In this document: in pieces, positions 27,018 through 36,751 of the stretch
How positions within the stretch are numbered: the first letter of the stretch is position 1
How the letters are laid out: each line of letters starts with the position of its first letter
NCBI GenBank assembly: GCA_050331295.1
Contig: JBHJGZ010000009.1
Location: 13,824 to 77,823 of the forward strand
DNA from: Myxococcota bacterium
Lineage (GTDB): Bacteria > Myxococcota > Kuafuiibacteriia > Kuafuiibacteriales > Kuafuiibacteriaceae
Direction of reading: 5' to 3'
Length of the DNA stretch: 64,000 bases
The notes under the pieces: generated by a model
The model's database searches: none
What the model was told of the DNA's origin: nothing
Seen by the model: the letters and a program-made list of their open reading frames with translations, nothing else
Made by a program: the position numbers and the translations under genes

Positions 27018-28368
27018 GCCCGGCGACGGCGCAATCGGTTCTCCGCCGGACGGATTTCGGGGTAGGCTCGTTTGCCTCGTGGACTATCAGCATCGAGCTC
27101 AGGTGCTCTCGAACGGCCTCCGGTTCCACACGGTCGCGATGCCCCACCTCCATACCGCATTCCTCGGGTTCTACGCCCGAGTCGGAAGCCGGCACGAGTC
27201 TCCCGAGACGAACGGATTGTCCCACTTCCTGGAGCACATGTACTTTCGCGGTTGCCGGATCCTCCCGAGCTCCCAGGCCCTGAACGGCGCCATCGAAGAC
27301 CTGGGTGGAAGCCTCGACGGGTTCACCGCTCGGGACTACACGGGTTTTCAGACGGTTCTGCATCCCTCCGGGCTGCGAGACGGTCTGGCGATCATGGGAG
27401 CCATGCTCCGCGAGCCCCGGTTCGACGGAGTGGAGGTCGAACGCCGCGTCGTTCGGGAAGAGATGCTCGATGCCCTGGATGAACGGGGGAGGGTCGTGGA
27501 ACTGGACGCCGTGGCCCACCGTCACCACTTCGGACGTCACGGTCTCGGACAACCGATCGAAGGAACGCGCGGCAATCTTCGCCGTTTCGACCGTGAGGCT
27601 CTACAGCTCCACCGCAACCGCTTCTACGGCGCCCAGAATACGGTGTTGGTGGCGGCAGGGCCCCTCGGTCACGGTCTCCGAAGCATGGCCGAGAAGGCTT
27701 TCGGTGTTCTGGTCCGAGGACGGCGCCGCGGGGATGGGCCCCGTCCCGGACGTCTGGGTCCAACATCGCGCTTTCGCTTCGTTCACCATCGCGGACCCCA
27801 AACCCGAGTTCGGTGGAGCTTTCGAGCGGTACCCGAACGTCACATCGACTACCCCGCGCTGATATGGCTGCGCCGCTGGTTCGATGGTGGATTGTCGGCT
27901 CGGCTTCAAGTCGAACTGGTGGACCGACTGGGTCTCGCCTACGAAGTCGCGGCCGGACTGGACGCGTACTCGGACGTAGGCGTCTTCGACTTCGAGATGG
28001 TGGTCGCCAACGACAAGCTTCCCTTGGCGGTGACCGAACTCGATAGGGTGGTACGTGACGCGCGCAACCGTTCCTTCACTGCGGATGAGGTGGAGTCGAT
28101 CAAGCGACGGGCTCGGGCAAGCTTTGCGGGGATGTTGGATGCGCCGTCCGAGCTCGGCCATTGGTTGGGCCTGGGTGCCTTGTTTTCCACGCTAGAGCCC
28201 CCGGAGCGACGCCTCTCCCGGCTCCTCGCCATTGGTGCAGACGACCTTCATCGTGCCGCGAGACGGACATTTCGTCCGGATGGTCTCACCGTTTCCGCTG
28301 TCGGTGGAGCCAGCCCGCGCGTCGTGGTCGAGACGAAGCGCGTGCTGAGGGACGTCCTTCGGTCGTAG
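27016..28368 (+). CDS. M16-family (pitrilysin/insulinase-like) zinc peptidase
   Basis: Has the inverted zinc motif GLSHFLEHMYFRG (HxxEH) and the N-terminal VLSNGLRFHTVAMP. If the ATG at 27016 is right, it overlaps the divergent ubiB start by 2 nt, so the start is uncertain. Confidence 0.75.
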   Translation: MPGDGAIGSPPDGFRGRLVCLVDYQHRAQVLSNGLRFHTVAMPHLHTAFLGFYARVGSRHESPETNGLSHFLEHMYFRGCRILPSSQALNGAIEDLGGSLDGFTARDYTGFQTVLHPSGLRDGLAIMGAMLREPRFDGVEVERRVVREEMLDALDERGRVVELDAVAHRHHFGRHGLGQPIEGTRGNLRRFDREALQLHRNRFYGAQNTVLVAAGPLGHGLRSMAEKAFGVLVRGRRRGDGPRPGRLGPTSRFRFVHHRGPQTRVRWSFRAVPERHIDYPALIWLRRWFDGGLSARLQVELVDRLGLAYEVAAGLDAYSDVGVFDFEMVVANDKLPLAVTELDRVVRDARNRSFTADEVESIKRRARASFAGMLDAPSELGHWLGLGALFSTLEPPERRLSRLLAIGADDLHRAARRTFRPDGLTVSAVGGASPRVVVETKRVLRDVLRS

Positions 28369-29068
28369 GGTCTTCTCCATCGGCGAGACGCTCGCGCCAT
28401 CGCAGCAGGTCGTTGGGCAAGCTCGAATGCCAGGTTTGCATTTTACCCTTCCCAGGCGGCACGAAACTGAGCAGGGTCGCGTGCAGGAAGATGCGTCGCC
28501 GTTGAATCGCCGACGGTCCCTGGTACTTCTGCTCGCCCAAGAGGGGATGGCCGAACAAAGAGAACTGAGCTCGGATCTGGTTCTTGACGCCCGTTTCGAG
28601 GGCAACCTCCAAGAGACTGGTGTGTTCGAATCGGTCCAAAACCCAAAAATGCGTGACGGCTCGACGGCCGTGGCCGGGGGGAACCGGATACATTCGAAAA
28701 GTTCCCCGGTTTTGGGCGAGGTGATGTTCGAGCCGTCCCTGATCCGGCTCGACGCGGCCTTGAACCGCCGCGATGTATCGACGTTCCGCCGTGTGGTCCT
28801 TGAACTGCGCGCGGAGCGTGGTGGCGGCTCCAGGGTCGCGAGCGAAGGCCAAGAGGCCCGACACCTCCTGATCCAATCGATGGACTCCGAAGACGAAGCC
28901 TTCGGTTCGACCCAACAGCTCGATGATGCCGACGTCGGCCCTTCTGGGAGCTCGGTGCGTGAGCAGCCCCGGGCCTTTATCCACCACCAGAAATCGCTCC
29001 GAAGCGTGGACGACCACGTATCCGGCCGATTCTCCTCGATAAGGCCTGACGGACCGCATCCGGGCCAC
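28286..29068 (-). CDS. RluA-family pseudouridine synthase (second copy in the window)
   Basis: Has the motif HRLDQEVSGLLAFAR. It overlaps the 3' end of the M16 gene by 83 nt in convergent orientation. Confidence 0.75.
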   Translation of the reverse strand: MARMRSVRPYRGESAGYVVVHASERFLVVDKGPGLLTHRAPRRADVGIIELLGRTEGFVFGVHRLDQEVSGLLAFARDPGAATTLRAQFKDHTAERRYIAAVQGRVEPDQGRLEHHLAQNRGTFRMYPVPPGHGRRAVTHFWVLDRFEHTSLLEVALETGVKNQIRAQFSLFGHPLLGEQKYQGPSAIQRRRIFLHATLLSFVPPGKGKMQTWHSSLPNDLLRWRERLADGEDPTTEGRPSARASSRPRRAGWLHRQRKR

Positions 29069-29120
29069 GGTGACGACGTCTCATGAAAGAACAGGAAACG
29101 CCACCGGAGCCGGCGGTTCG

Positions 29121-29780
29121 CTACAGGCGAAGGGGTCCTCCTCGCTCGAGAGCTCTCTGAAACGCGTCCCGGCCTTCGCAGGCCCGCAGGTATCGATGGA
29201 GCTTGGGGTGTGTGTCTGGACGGAGGCCGCCCCGAGCGAAGAAGGCTTGGACCGGAAAACTCATGACGACGTCTACGGCCGAGAATTGGTCGCCCAAGAA
29301 CCAAGGATCCGCGTGAGCTTCCATGTGATCGGAATGCAGCGCGATCTGTTCGTTGAGAAAGGTCGACTTGACGAGCCCGGTCATGGTGGCGGCGATGGGA
29401 CGCACGATGAACGGCGTCTTCTCGTCGATGCGGTCCAGCACCAACTTCAGCAGCATCGGGGGCATGGCGGAAGCCTCGGCGTAGTGAAGCCAATATCGAA
29501 AGCTCTCGAATGCAGGGCTGCCCAGAGCGGGTCGGAGACTGTGGTCGGGGACCGCGTCGAGTAGGTACTCGACGATGGCGCCGGTTTCCGCCACCGTCCG
29601 GTCGCCATCCTGAATCACCGGTGCTTTCCCTAGCGGATGGATGCGGCGCAGAGTCGGAGGGGCGAGCATGGTCTTCGGATCTCGCTGGTACTCGACGATG
29701 TCGTATGGAGTCCCGAGCTCTTCCAGCAGCCAGAGGATTCGGAAAGAACGAGAGTGCTCGAGATGATGGACGATGAGCAT
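29121..29780 (-). CDS. Glutathione S-transferase family protein
   Basis: The N-terminal thioredoxin-like domain reads MLIVHHLEHSRSFRILWLLEELGTPYDIV…GKAPVIQDGDRTVAETGAIVEYL. A C-terminal helical GST domain follows. Confidence 0.8.
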   Translation of the reverse strand: MLIVHHLEHSRSFRILWLLEELGTPYDIVEYQRDPKTMLAPPTLRRIHPLGKAPVIQDGDRTVAETGAIVEYLLDAVPDHSLRPALGSPAFESFRYWLHYAEASAMPPMLLKLVLDRIDEKTPFIVRPIAATMTGLVKSTFLNEQIALHSDHMEAHADPWFLGDQFSAVDVVMSFPVQAFFARGGLRPDTHPKLHRYLRACEGRDAFQRALERGGPLRL

Positions 29781-29839
29781 GGACCCTGAGAGTTCTCTCG
29801 GATTGACGGGTCAAGGCCATTGCGACGAAGGACCATCGA

Positions 29840-31489
29840 ATGTCCGTCCTTCGACCACGACAGAAGCTCGGAACTCATGAGGTCTTCAATCAGACGCCAC
29901 CCCTCGGCGACCTGGATCTTTGGGCGACCGACCCTGCTCTTCGCGAGGCCGTCTCGAGGGAAGGCGAGGCCGTCCATGAGCAACGCGTTCATGACTTTGC
30001 GCGCCTGTGTGGTTCGGAGTCGATGCAAGAGCACGCGTTCCGAGCAAATCGATGGTTGCCGGAGCTAAAGAGCTTCGACCGCTACGGCCGACGGATCGAC
30101 GAAGTGGATTTCCACCCATCGTATCACGCTCTCATGCAGGTCGGGTTGGATGGTGGCGTTTCTTCGGTGGCCTGGTCGGAAGCCACCTCTGGCCACGTGC
30201 TCCACTCGGCACTCTTCTACCTGATGGCCGAACTCGAACCATCGGTCTGCTGTCCGATGTCCATGACATACGCCGCCGTCCCCGCCCTCCAGGCGACTCC
30301 TTCGGTGGCGGAGCGATGGATTCCACCCATTTTGGCGTCTCGGTACGATTCCAGATCTCGGCCAGCAGCCGAGAAACGGGGCGTGACGGTCGGGATGGCG
30401 ATGACGGAAAAGCAGGGTGGGTCCGACGTTCGGGGCAATACGACCCGTGCGACCCGAGACGGCGATGGCTACCGTTTGTACGGGCACAAATGGTTTTGCT
30501 CGGCGCCGATGTCCGATGCTTTCCTGACGTTGGCCTACTCAGAAGAGGGGCTCACGTGTTTCTTGGTCCCGCGATGGACCCCCGATGGGGAGCGAAACCC
30601 GTTTCACATCATGCGCTTGAAGGACAAGCTGGGTGACCGAGCCAACGCATCTTCGGAGATCGAGTATCACGACACGTGGGCGACGATCGTCGGTCCACCG
30701 GGCCGCGGCATCTCCACCATCATCGCCATGGTTCATCATACTCGGCTCGACTGCGCCATAGCGCCTGCAGCATTCATGCATCGCACGATACTGGAAGCTT
30801 TTCACCACGCCCGCCATCGGAGCGCGTTCGGCAAGCGCCTGGTGGAAAGCGAACTCATGGAAAAGGTGTTGGCTGACCTCGTTCTGGAGTCGGAAGCTAC
30901 GACCGCTCTGACCTTTCGCTTGGCGCGGGCGTTTGACGAAGCGGAGCGCGGCGATGAGAGAGCGCGCTCGTTCGCGCGGATCGCCACCCCCGTCGCGAAG
31001 TACTGGCACAACAAGCGGGTCGTGCCGACGGTGCACGAAGCGATGGAAGTGCACGGTGGAGCTGGTTTCGTCGAGGAAAGCCTGATGCCCAGGTACTACC
31101 GTCAAGCTCCTCTGAATGGAATATGGGAGGGCTCCGGCAACGTGATGTGCCTGGACGTACTCCGAGCCGCTTCTCGGGAGCCGGAGGCTATCACGATCCT
31201 CCGCGAGGAACTGCAATCGACCCGAGGTGAGGACCCGGACTACGACGAACACCTCCGAGCTTGGCTACCTCGGCTCGAACCTTCCCGACTCGACCAGAGC
31301 TCGGCGCGCAGTCTCGTAGAGGCGCTGGGCCTCGCGCTTCAAGCGAACGTCTTGTTGGCTTCTGGCGCCTCCGAGATCGCCCATGCGTTCTGCCGAACGC
31401 GTATCGGCGCGTCTCGCGCCGTCAGCTTCGGAGCTTACACCGGCGAACTCCCCATTCGAGTGCTGATGGAACGGGTTCCCGAACTCTGA
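29840..31489 (+). CDS. aidB: Acyl-CoA dehydrogenase family protein, AidB-like
   Basis: 549 aa. The AidB-type N-terminus is …DLWATDPALREAV…RLCGS. The ACAD core has MTEKQGGSDV…GHKWFCSAP and EAMEVHGGAGFVEES. Confidence 0.8.
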   Translation: MSVLRPRQKLGTHEVFNQTPPLGDLDLWATDPALREAVSREGEAVHEQRVHDFARLCGSESMQEHAFRANRWLPELKSFDRYGRRIDEVDFHPSYHALMQVGLDGGVSSVAWSEATSGHVLHSALFYLMAELEPSVCCPMSMTYAAVPALQATPSVAERWIPPILASRYDSRSRPAAEKRGVTVGMAMTEKQGGSDVRGNTTRATRDGDGYRLYGHKWFCSAPMSDAFLTLAYSEEGLTCFLVPRWTPDGERNPFHIMRLKDKLGDRANASSEIEYHDTWATIVGPPGRGISTIIAMVHHTRLDCAIAPAAFMHRTILEAFHHARHRSAFGKRLVESELMEKVLADLVLESEATTALTFRLARAFDEAERGDERARSFARIATPVAKYWHNKRVVPTVHEAMEVHGGAGFVEESLMPRYYRQAPLNGIWEGSGNVMCLDVLRAASREPEAITILREELQSTRGEDPDYDEHLRAWLPRLEPSRLDQSSARSLVEALGLALQANVLLASGASEIAHAFCRTRIGASRAVSFGAYTGELPIRVLMERVPEL

Positions 31490-31495
31490 AGTGGA

Positions 31496-32035
31496 CTACC
31501 GACCATCGAGACGTCGGGAGCGCACCTTTCGAAACAATGCCAAAGATCGGTCCCTAGACCATGTGTACAAGGCCAGCTCGTCGATCCGGGTGCCATGTCC
31601 AAAGACCAGTGCGTCCGCCCATGCTCGGGCCGCCCGCCGGTCCTCGGAAGGGGCGCGACGCCGAATTCGTGCCAAAGTCACGTGGGGCAGCGGCCTTCGT
31701 GGGTCGGTTCCTGGAAGACCATGTGCTTTGAGCTCCGCGCGGAGCGTCTGAATCCGGTCGCAAAGGCCGTCGAAACCGACGTCTACGATGGCACAGATGG
31801 CTGATGGGGGTCGACCTCCCAACATCCGACATCGGCCGAGGGTCGACGAGATGGGGTCCAAATGGACGAGCTCGAGCATCTCCCACGCGGCAAGCGCGGT
31901 CGATTCATCGACCGGACCCAGGAAGGCTGCGGTCACGTGCCGATCGTCGAAAGAGAACAGACGTACGGACGAAGGTGGTTCCGAAAGTTCGAGCTCTTCC
32001 GGATAAGGAAAGGCCACAAACCAGTTGGGTTTCAC
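31496..32035 (-). CDS. thpR: RNA 2',3'-cyclic phosphodiesterase (2H phosphoesterase, LigT/ThpR)
   Basis: Has two H-x-T-x motifs, HVTAAFLG and HVTLARI. Confidence 0.8.
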   Translation of the reverse strand: MKPNWFVAFPYPEELELSEPPSSVRLFSFDDRHVTAAFLGPVDESTALAAWEMLELVHLDPISSTLGRCRMLGGRPPSAICAIVDVGFDGLCDRIQTLRAELKAHGLPGTDPRRPLPHVTLARIRRRAPSEDRRAARAWADALVFGHGTRIDELALYTWSRDRSLALFRKVRSRRLDGR

Positions 32036-32050
32036 TCGGGCGGCTCCGCT

Positions 32051-32983
32051 TCACCAAGCGGCATCTGGGGATTCGCCAAGGAGGAAGGCGTCCATGGTCT
32101 TTTTGGCGCTGAAGCTGTGGGCAAAGCCCGTCGCCTCGCGAAAGCTTCCCGCGTCGACGACGACCGGGAACTTGATGTGGTCCAAGGCACCTTTCGGGAG
32201 TCTGGGCAGCCCGAAACGTCCCAAGAGTCGATTGAACACGAATTCAGGTATGAAGAGCCGCTCCCTACCCGTGCCCTGGATCAGCGTGGAAAGCGGAATC
32301 GGATTGGGACCCGCAACATTGAAGACTCCGCGGATACGGGGTTGAAGCGCAGCCAATATGGCTCGCGCCATGTCGACTTCGTGCATGAACTGGAACAGAG
32401 GGTCGAAGCCCAGGATGGTCGGAACGCGGGGACCCTTCAGGAACGAAGCAAGGGTCGCGGCCCGGCTGGGGCCGAGTTGGTAGACCATTCGAAGAATCAC
32501 GGTCTCGAGTTGAGGATGTCGCCAAAGCGCGGTTGTGGCGTACAAGTCCGCCGCAACCAGGTCTGCCAGCTCCGGAAACGTCTTCTGGGCCATGGGGGGA
32601 TCGTCCTCGCGATGAACCATCGGGGAGTCCGGCCCTGCGCCATAGTAGGTGTGCCGTCCGACAAAGACGGCCTTTTCCGCGTTGTACGCGGCGCAGCGCT
32701 CGAACACGGCTCGCGTTCCGTGCAAGTTGATGCGGTAGCGCTCTTCCGTGCTCACCTCCAAATGGGTGACTGTTGCCATGTGCACCACGGCGTGAGGTCG
32801 GAACTTTCGAAAGACGTCCTCGGCTGGGCGCTTTCGAATGTCGTGGGGGTGGACCTTCACGCCCGGTGGCGGGTCGGTCCAAGGGCGCCGGTCGATGCCC
32901 ACCACTTCATGCTGCTCTTGCACCAGCATACGGGTCAGGTGGCGTCCAACAACGCTGCTGATTCCTGCGATCAGAACCCTCAT
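32051..32983 (-). CDS. NAD-dependent epimerase/dehydratase (extended SDR)
   Basis: Has the Rossmann motif [16 protein letters not shown]. The ATG at 32983 has an AGGA 9 nt upstream. Confidence 0.75.
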   Translation of the reverse strand: MRVLIAGISSVVGRHLTRMLVQEQHEVVGIDRRPWTDPPPGVKVHPHDIRKRPAEDVFRKFRPHAVVHMATVTHLEVSTEERYRINLHGTRAVFERCAAYNAEKAVFVGRHTYYGAGPDSPMVHREDDPPMAQKTFPELADLVAADLYATTALWRHPQLETVILRMVYQLGPSRAATLASFLKGPRVPTILGFDPLFQFMHEVDMARAILAALQPRIRGVFNVAGPNPIPLSTLIQGTGRERLFIPEFVFNRLLGRFGLPRLPKGALDHIKFPVVVDAGSFREATGFAHSFSAKKTMDAFLLGESPDAAW

Positions 32984-33011
32984 GGTTTTGGTCCTACCCG
33001 GCGACCTTTCC

Positions 33012-33815
33012 TCAACGGAACCGACGCTTGGACTCCCCATGGTCCAGAAGGTCTCGGATGCGCTTCTTCACGGTGTCGACGTATCGATGAATGACCGAGT
33101 CTTCTTCATCCCCGGTTCCGTCCAGGAGGACGGGCTCGCCATAATAGATCTCGAGGGGCACGGGTCGCGGGAGTGCGACCCCGTACGGGGTCACGGGGAT
33201 GTACGGCACGCCCAGTCTCCTGCCTAGTCGATACAGGTTCGCGATGGTGGGGATCGCTTCGCCGCCCCCCACGAACGCGAAGGGGACCACCGGTGTCCCC
33301 GTCTTCAGCGCCAAGCGAGCGAAGCCGGTTCCGAACTCCAGCAGGCTGTTTCGTTCCCAAAAGAGCTTCGCGGTACCTCGAGCCCCCTCTGGAAACACCA
33401 TCAGCAGTCGATCTGCCTCCAGAAGTCGCTCTGCGTTTTCAGGTAGACCCACAAAGTTCCCAGTGCGGGCGCCCAGCGAAGCAACAAATGGGATCCGATA
33501 GAGGAAGCGTTCGGCCATGCCGTGGACCAGCCGTGGCGGCTCCATCTCGAAGAAGCACGATGCCACCACCATCATGCCGTCCACCGCCCATCCCCCGGAA
33601 TGATTGCCAACCAGCATGGCCCTTCCTCGAGCCGGGACATGTGCCATTCCTTCCACCCGCACGCGGAAGTACCGGCGGTAGAAGGGTTCGAGAAACGACA
33701 TCATCGCGGCAATGTCATCCTTGCGAGCGCCGAACGGGTCGAGCTCGAGTTCGTCGAAGGGGATCTCGATACGGTCGACGCGTGCCCGGACGCCGGATCG
33801 GAACGGGATGCGCAT
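33012..33815 (-). CDS. Lysophospholipid (1-acyl-sn-glycerol-3-phosphate) acyltransferase family protein
   Basis: Has the HX4D motif [12 protein letters not shown] and VFPEGARG. The start is uncertain (33815 or 33704). The Arg-rich upstream extension in the track looks spurious. Confidence 0.65.
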   Translation of the reverse strand: MRIPFRSGVRARVDRIEIPFDELELDPFGARKDDIAAMMSFLEPFYRRYFRVRVEGMAHVPARGRAMLVGNHSGGWAVDGMMVVASCFFEMEPPRLVHGMAERFLYRIPFVASLGARTGNFVGLPENAERLLEADRLLMVFPEGARGTAKLFWERNSLLEFGTGFARLALKTGTPVVPFAFVGGGEAIPTIANLYRLGRRLGVPYIPVTPYGVALPRPVPLEIYYGEPVLLDGTGDEEDSVIHRYVDTVKKRIRDLLDHGESKRRFR

Positions 33816-33831
33816 CGCCTCGCAATAAGCC

Positions 33832-35232
33832 TTGAACCCCACCTCGCTGCAAACCAAAGTTGAGGGGTTGGAGCGGCGAATTCTCATCGTGGACGACGAG
33901 CTCGCCATTCGGAGCAGTCTGACCGCTGCCTTGAAGCTCGAAAGCTTCGCGGTCGAGGCTGTGGAAGACCTTGCATCGGCGCGCCAGGCCCTTTCTGGCT
34001 TCGGTCCGGACGCGGTGCTCTTGGACCTCAAGCTGCCGGATGGAGATGGCTTGTCGCTGATGTCGGCCCCGGAGCTGGTGGAGGTTCCGGTGGTGGTCAT
34101 GAGCGGACACGGGACCATGGATGACGCGGTTCGAGCGCTTCGTCTCGGAGCCCGCGATTTTCTCGAGAAGCCCGTCGGCTCGGACCGGGTTCTGGTCACG
34201 CTGAAGAACGTCATGGAACTCGTGCGCCTTTCGCGGGAGAACGAGGCCCTTCAAGCCGAGGTGGCTGACGCCCGAGGCTCGATGACCATCATCGGCCAGT
34301 CCGAGGCGATTCGAGAGCTCCGAGAAAAGATTGAACGGGTGGCTCCCTCGGAAGGCCGGGTGCTGATCACGGGGGAGAACGGCAGCGGCAAGGAGCTGGT
34401 CGCCCATGCGATCCATCAAAAGAGTCCCCGTTCCTCGGAGCCGTTCATCACGATGAATTGCGGGGCCGTACCATCCGAGCTCATCGAAGCGGAGCTCTTC
34501 GGGCACGAACGTGGAGCGTTTACCGGAGCTGAACAGCGTCGTCTCGGTAAGTTCGAGCGAGCGCACCGAGGGACCCTTTTCCTGGACGAGGTCGGCGACA
34601 TGCCCTCCGCGATGCAGGTCAAACTGCTCAGGGTTCTCCAGACCGGAGAAGTCGAGCGCGTGGGGGGGACGGCTTCCTTCCATGTGGACGTGCGCGTGGT
34701 TTCCGCAAGCAACAAGGATTTGCTGGCGGAGGTCGGATCCGGCCGATTTCGGGAAGACTTGTACTATCGATTGAATGTAGTGCCCATCGACGTGCCTCCA
34801 CTTCGGGCCCGGAGAGACGACATTCCGCTGTTGGCCGGCCACCTGCTCACGGAAAGCGCCCGCCGCAATCGTCGGAGCCTCCGTCTCACGGATGAGGCCT
34901 TGGCGGTCCTCGAACGGTACGATTATCCAGGAAACGTTCGGGAGTTGCGAAACCTCGTGGAGAGAATGGTGATTCTGGCGCCGAGAGACCGAGCGTCACT
35001 CAGCAAAGAAGATGTCGAATCTTTGATGCCGCAGCCGGATCGCCGTTCGGCCCCGGTCGGAGGGTGGAGGCCCGGAATGAAGCTATCGGACCTGGTCCAC
35101 GAGGCGGAGAAGTCCATCGTCAAGGAAGCCCTCGATGCGCACGGTGGCTCCATTCCAGCGACCGCCAAGAGTCTGGGGGTCGAACGTTCGAACTTTCACA
35201 AGAAGCTGAAGGCGTTGGGGTTGAAGGGCTGA
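33832..35232 (+). CDS. Sigma-54-dependent transcriptional activator, NtrC-family response regulator
   Basis: The receiver reads RRILIVDDE…DLKLPDGDG. The AAA+ sigma-54 interaction domain has GENGSGKELVAHAIH, GAFTGA and ESELFGHERGAFTG. There is a C-terminal Fis-type HTH. The start is a TTG at 33832, with an alternative TTG at 33866 giving MERRILIVDDE. Confidence 0.85.
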   Translation: MNPTSLQTKVEGLERRILIVDDELAIRSSLTAALKLESFAVEAVEDLASARQALSGFGPDAVLLDLKLPDGDGLSLMSAPELVEVPVVVMSGHGTMDDAVRALRLGARDFLEKPVGSDRVLVTLKNVMELVRLSRENEALQAEVADARGSMTIIGQSEAIRELREKIERVAPSEGRVLITGENGSGKELVAHAIHQKSPRSSEPFITMNCGAVPSELIEAELFGHERGAFTGAEQRRLGKFERAHRGTLFLDEVGDMPSAMQVKLLRVLQTGEVERVGGTASFHVDVRVVSASNKDLLAEVGSGRFREDLYYRLNVVPIDVPPLRARRDDIPLLAGHLLTESARRNRRSLRLTDEALAVLERYDYPGNVRELRNLVERMVILAPRDRASLSKEDVESLMPQPDRRSAPVGGWRPGMKLSDLVHEAEKSIVKEALDAHGGSIPATAKSLGVERSNFHKKLKALGLKG

Positions 35233-35398
35233 CCATCACGGCCAGGAACCGAGTCATCGATGGCGCGAGCGCGGTGAGCCTTTAGGAAGGCGTGACGCTC
35301 CCAGCACTTCGCGAGCCCGGCGGGTCATTCGTTCCTCCCGCCGGGTGGCCGGAGCCACGTGGCGCTGCGAGTTCGGCTGCGAACGCCCGGAGAAGGCT

Positions 35399-35414
35399 TG
35401 GCACAACGTTCGCA
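35399..35414 (+). promoter_or_regulatory. Sigma-54 (-24/-12) promoter TGGCACaacgtTCGCA upstream of the TPR gene
   Basis: GG is at 35400-35401 and GC at 35412-35413, with correct spacing (consensus TGGCACG-N4-TTGCA). AAAGGAG then ATG at 35443 follow about 12 nt downstream of the predicted +1. It sits immediately downstream of the NtrC-like gene. Confidence 0.55.
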
Positions 35415-35442
35415 AATCACTGCGCCTCGAAAGGAGAGCGAA

Positions 35443-36507
35443 ATGCTCGAAAGAAGTGAATCGAGAGTGTGGAACTGGAAACTGGGCGTGGGGGTCGCGT
35501 TTTTGACCCTCGCAATGAGCGCCTGGGCGTTGATGGGGACCGAGGCTGAGTCAGAGACCGAGCTCGAGAGCGTCCAGACGATCCGAGAGTTGCCGACCGA
35601 AGAGCCGGCCCGGCGGGCATTCGAGTCCGAGCCCGGAGCAGCCGAGGATGCGCCCCTCGCCGATGCTCGGTTGAACGAAGCAGCCCTCGAGGACGGGCAG
35701 GACGGGGACCGGGCGCGTGCGAGCGAGGACGACCTCACCGTTGTGGAAACACCGGAACCGACCGTCGTCTTGGTGCCCGAGGAGATGGCGAGAGACTATT
35801 TGTTCGCGGCGGAACAAGCGATCATGGCCGGGCATCTCGACGAGGCCTTGACCGCGTTGAGAATGCACCTGCACGGACACGAGGAATCAGCATCACTGAT
35901 GTTGCGCATCGGTCGGCTGGCCCGTGAACTGAGACAATGGGACCTGTCGGAGAGGGCGTTGGACCGCGCCATCGAACTCGACCCGCTCGGCGCAGATCTC
36001 CATTTGGAGCTCGGTCTGCTGCACCTGGCTCGAGAGAGATTCGACATGGCGCAGACCTCGGCCGAGGAAGCCGTCGAGCTCGCTCCCGAGGACCCTGCAG
36101 CCTGGAATCTCTTGGGACGGGTGGCACTCAATCAAAGCCGTTGGGAACCGGCGGAGTTCGCGTTCCGCCGGGCGGCCGAACTCGAGCCGACGAACGGGTT
36201 CTATTTGAACAACCTGGGCTTGCTGTACGTCATGCGACGGATGGGGCCGGAGGCCGAGTCCGCACTGCGGGCATCGGTCGAGATGTTTGAGGGACATCCC
36301 CCTCGGTACGTCCACAACAACTTGGGCTTGGCTCTCGAGCTTCAGGACGAGCTCGAACAGGCGCTTCAGGCTTTCGCCGACGCCTTGGCCGTGGACCCGA
36401 GCTACATCCGAGCGCAGGTCAACCTGCGCCGGGTCCGGGACGCTTTCGCATCTCAATCCTTGGCCCGCATTGACGACCCACCGGCAGCGGAAGCCCTGAT
36501 GGAATGA
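35443..36507 (+). CDS. TPR-repeat protein with N-terminal signal/TM segment
   Basis: AAAGGAG lies 6 nt before the ATG. VGVAFLTLAMSAWALMG is a signal or anchor. There is an acidic linker and then several TPR units (…AAWNLLGRVALNQSRWEPAEFAFRRAAELEP…). Confidence 0.7.
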   Translation: MLERSESRVWNWKLGVGVAFLTLAMSAWALMGTEAESETELESVQTIRELPTEEPARRAFESEPGAAEDAPLADARLNEAALEDGQDGDRARASEDDLTVVETPEPTVVLVPEEMARDYLFAAEQAIMAGHLDEALTALRMHLHGHEESASLMLRIGRLARELRQWDLSERALDRAIELDPLGADLHLELGLLHLARERFDMAQTSAEEAVELAPEDPAAWNLLGRVALNQSRWEPAEFAFRRAAELEPTNGFYLNNLGLLYVMRRMGPEAESALRASVEMFEGHPPRYVHNNLGLALELQDELEQALQAFADALAVDPSYIRAQVNLRRVRDAFASQSLARIDDPPAAEALME

Positions 36508-36512
36508 TGCCC

Positions 36513-36550
36513 CGCGCCCCCTCCTGATGCGCAGGCATCGAGGGGGCGCG
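36513..36550 (+). terminator. Perfect GC-rich hairpin just after the TPR gene stop, with an 11-bp outer stem CGCGCCCCCTC/GAGGGGGCGCG enclosing an inner 5-bp GATGC/GCATC stem; no U-tract
   Basis: Read directly from the sequence. It starts 6 nt after the stop codon, so it may be a terminator or an RNA-stability element. Confidence 0.45.
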
Positions 36551-36751
36551 ACCTCCGTCGTGGGATAAGGGTAAGAATAGGTTGAGCTTTCACGACTAGA
36601 ATGTTCCAGCCCGAACGAGCAAAGCGCCTCGGCTGGCCTCAGAGGGCCCGCGGAACCGCGCGTGTAAAGGGGCTGCCAGAACAGAGAAAACGGACCATGC
36701 TGCTCTGAGAGATCCATGGCTGAGAACGTCGATCCTTAAGGAAGGAAGAGC

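Noticed and set aside
28192-29820. Very long alternative-frame ORFs: 28192..29820-, 48121..49323-, 8534..9577+, 16790..17833-, 40791..41159+, 317..1228+, 14412..15368-
   Set aside because: Their translations are Arg/Pro/His-rich and low-complexity, which is typical of antisense or off-frame read-through in high-GC DNA. Each overlaps a gene that has clear family motifs on the other strand or frame.
36586-36612. TTGAGC…TAGAAT, considered as a sigma-70 promoter upstream of the GGDEF-EAL gene
   Set aside because: The spacer is only about 9 nt, which is incompatible with a -35/-10 pair.
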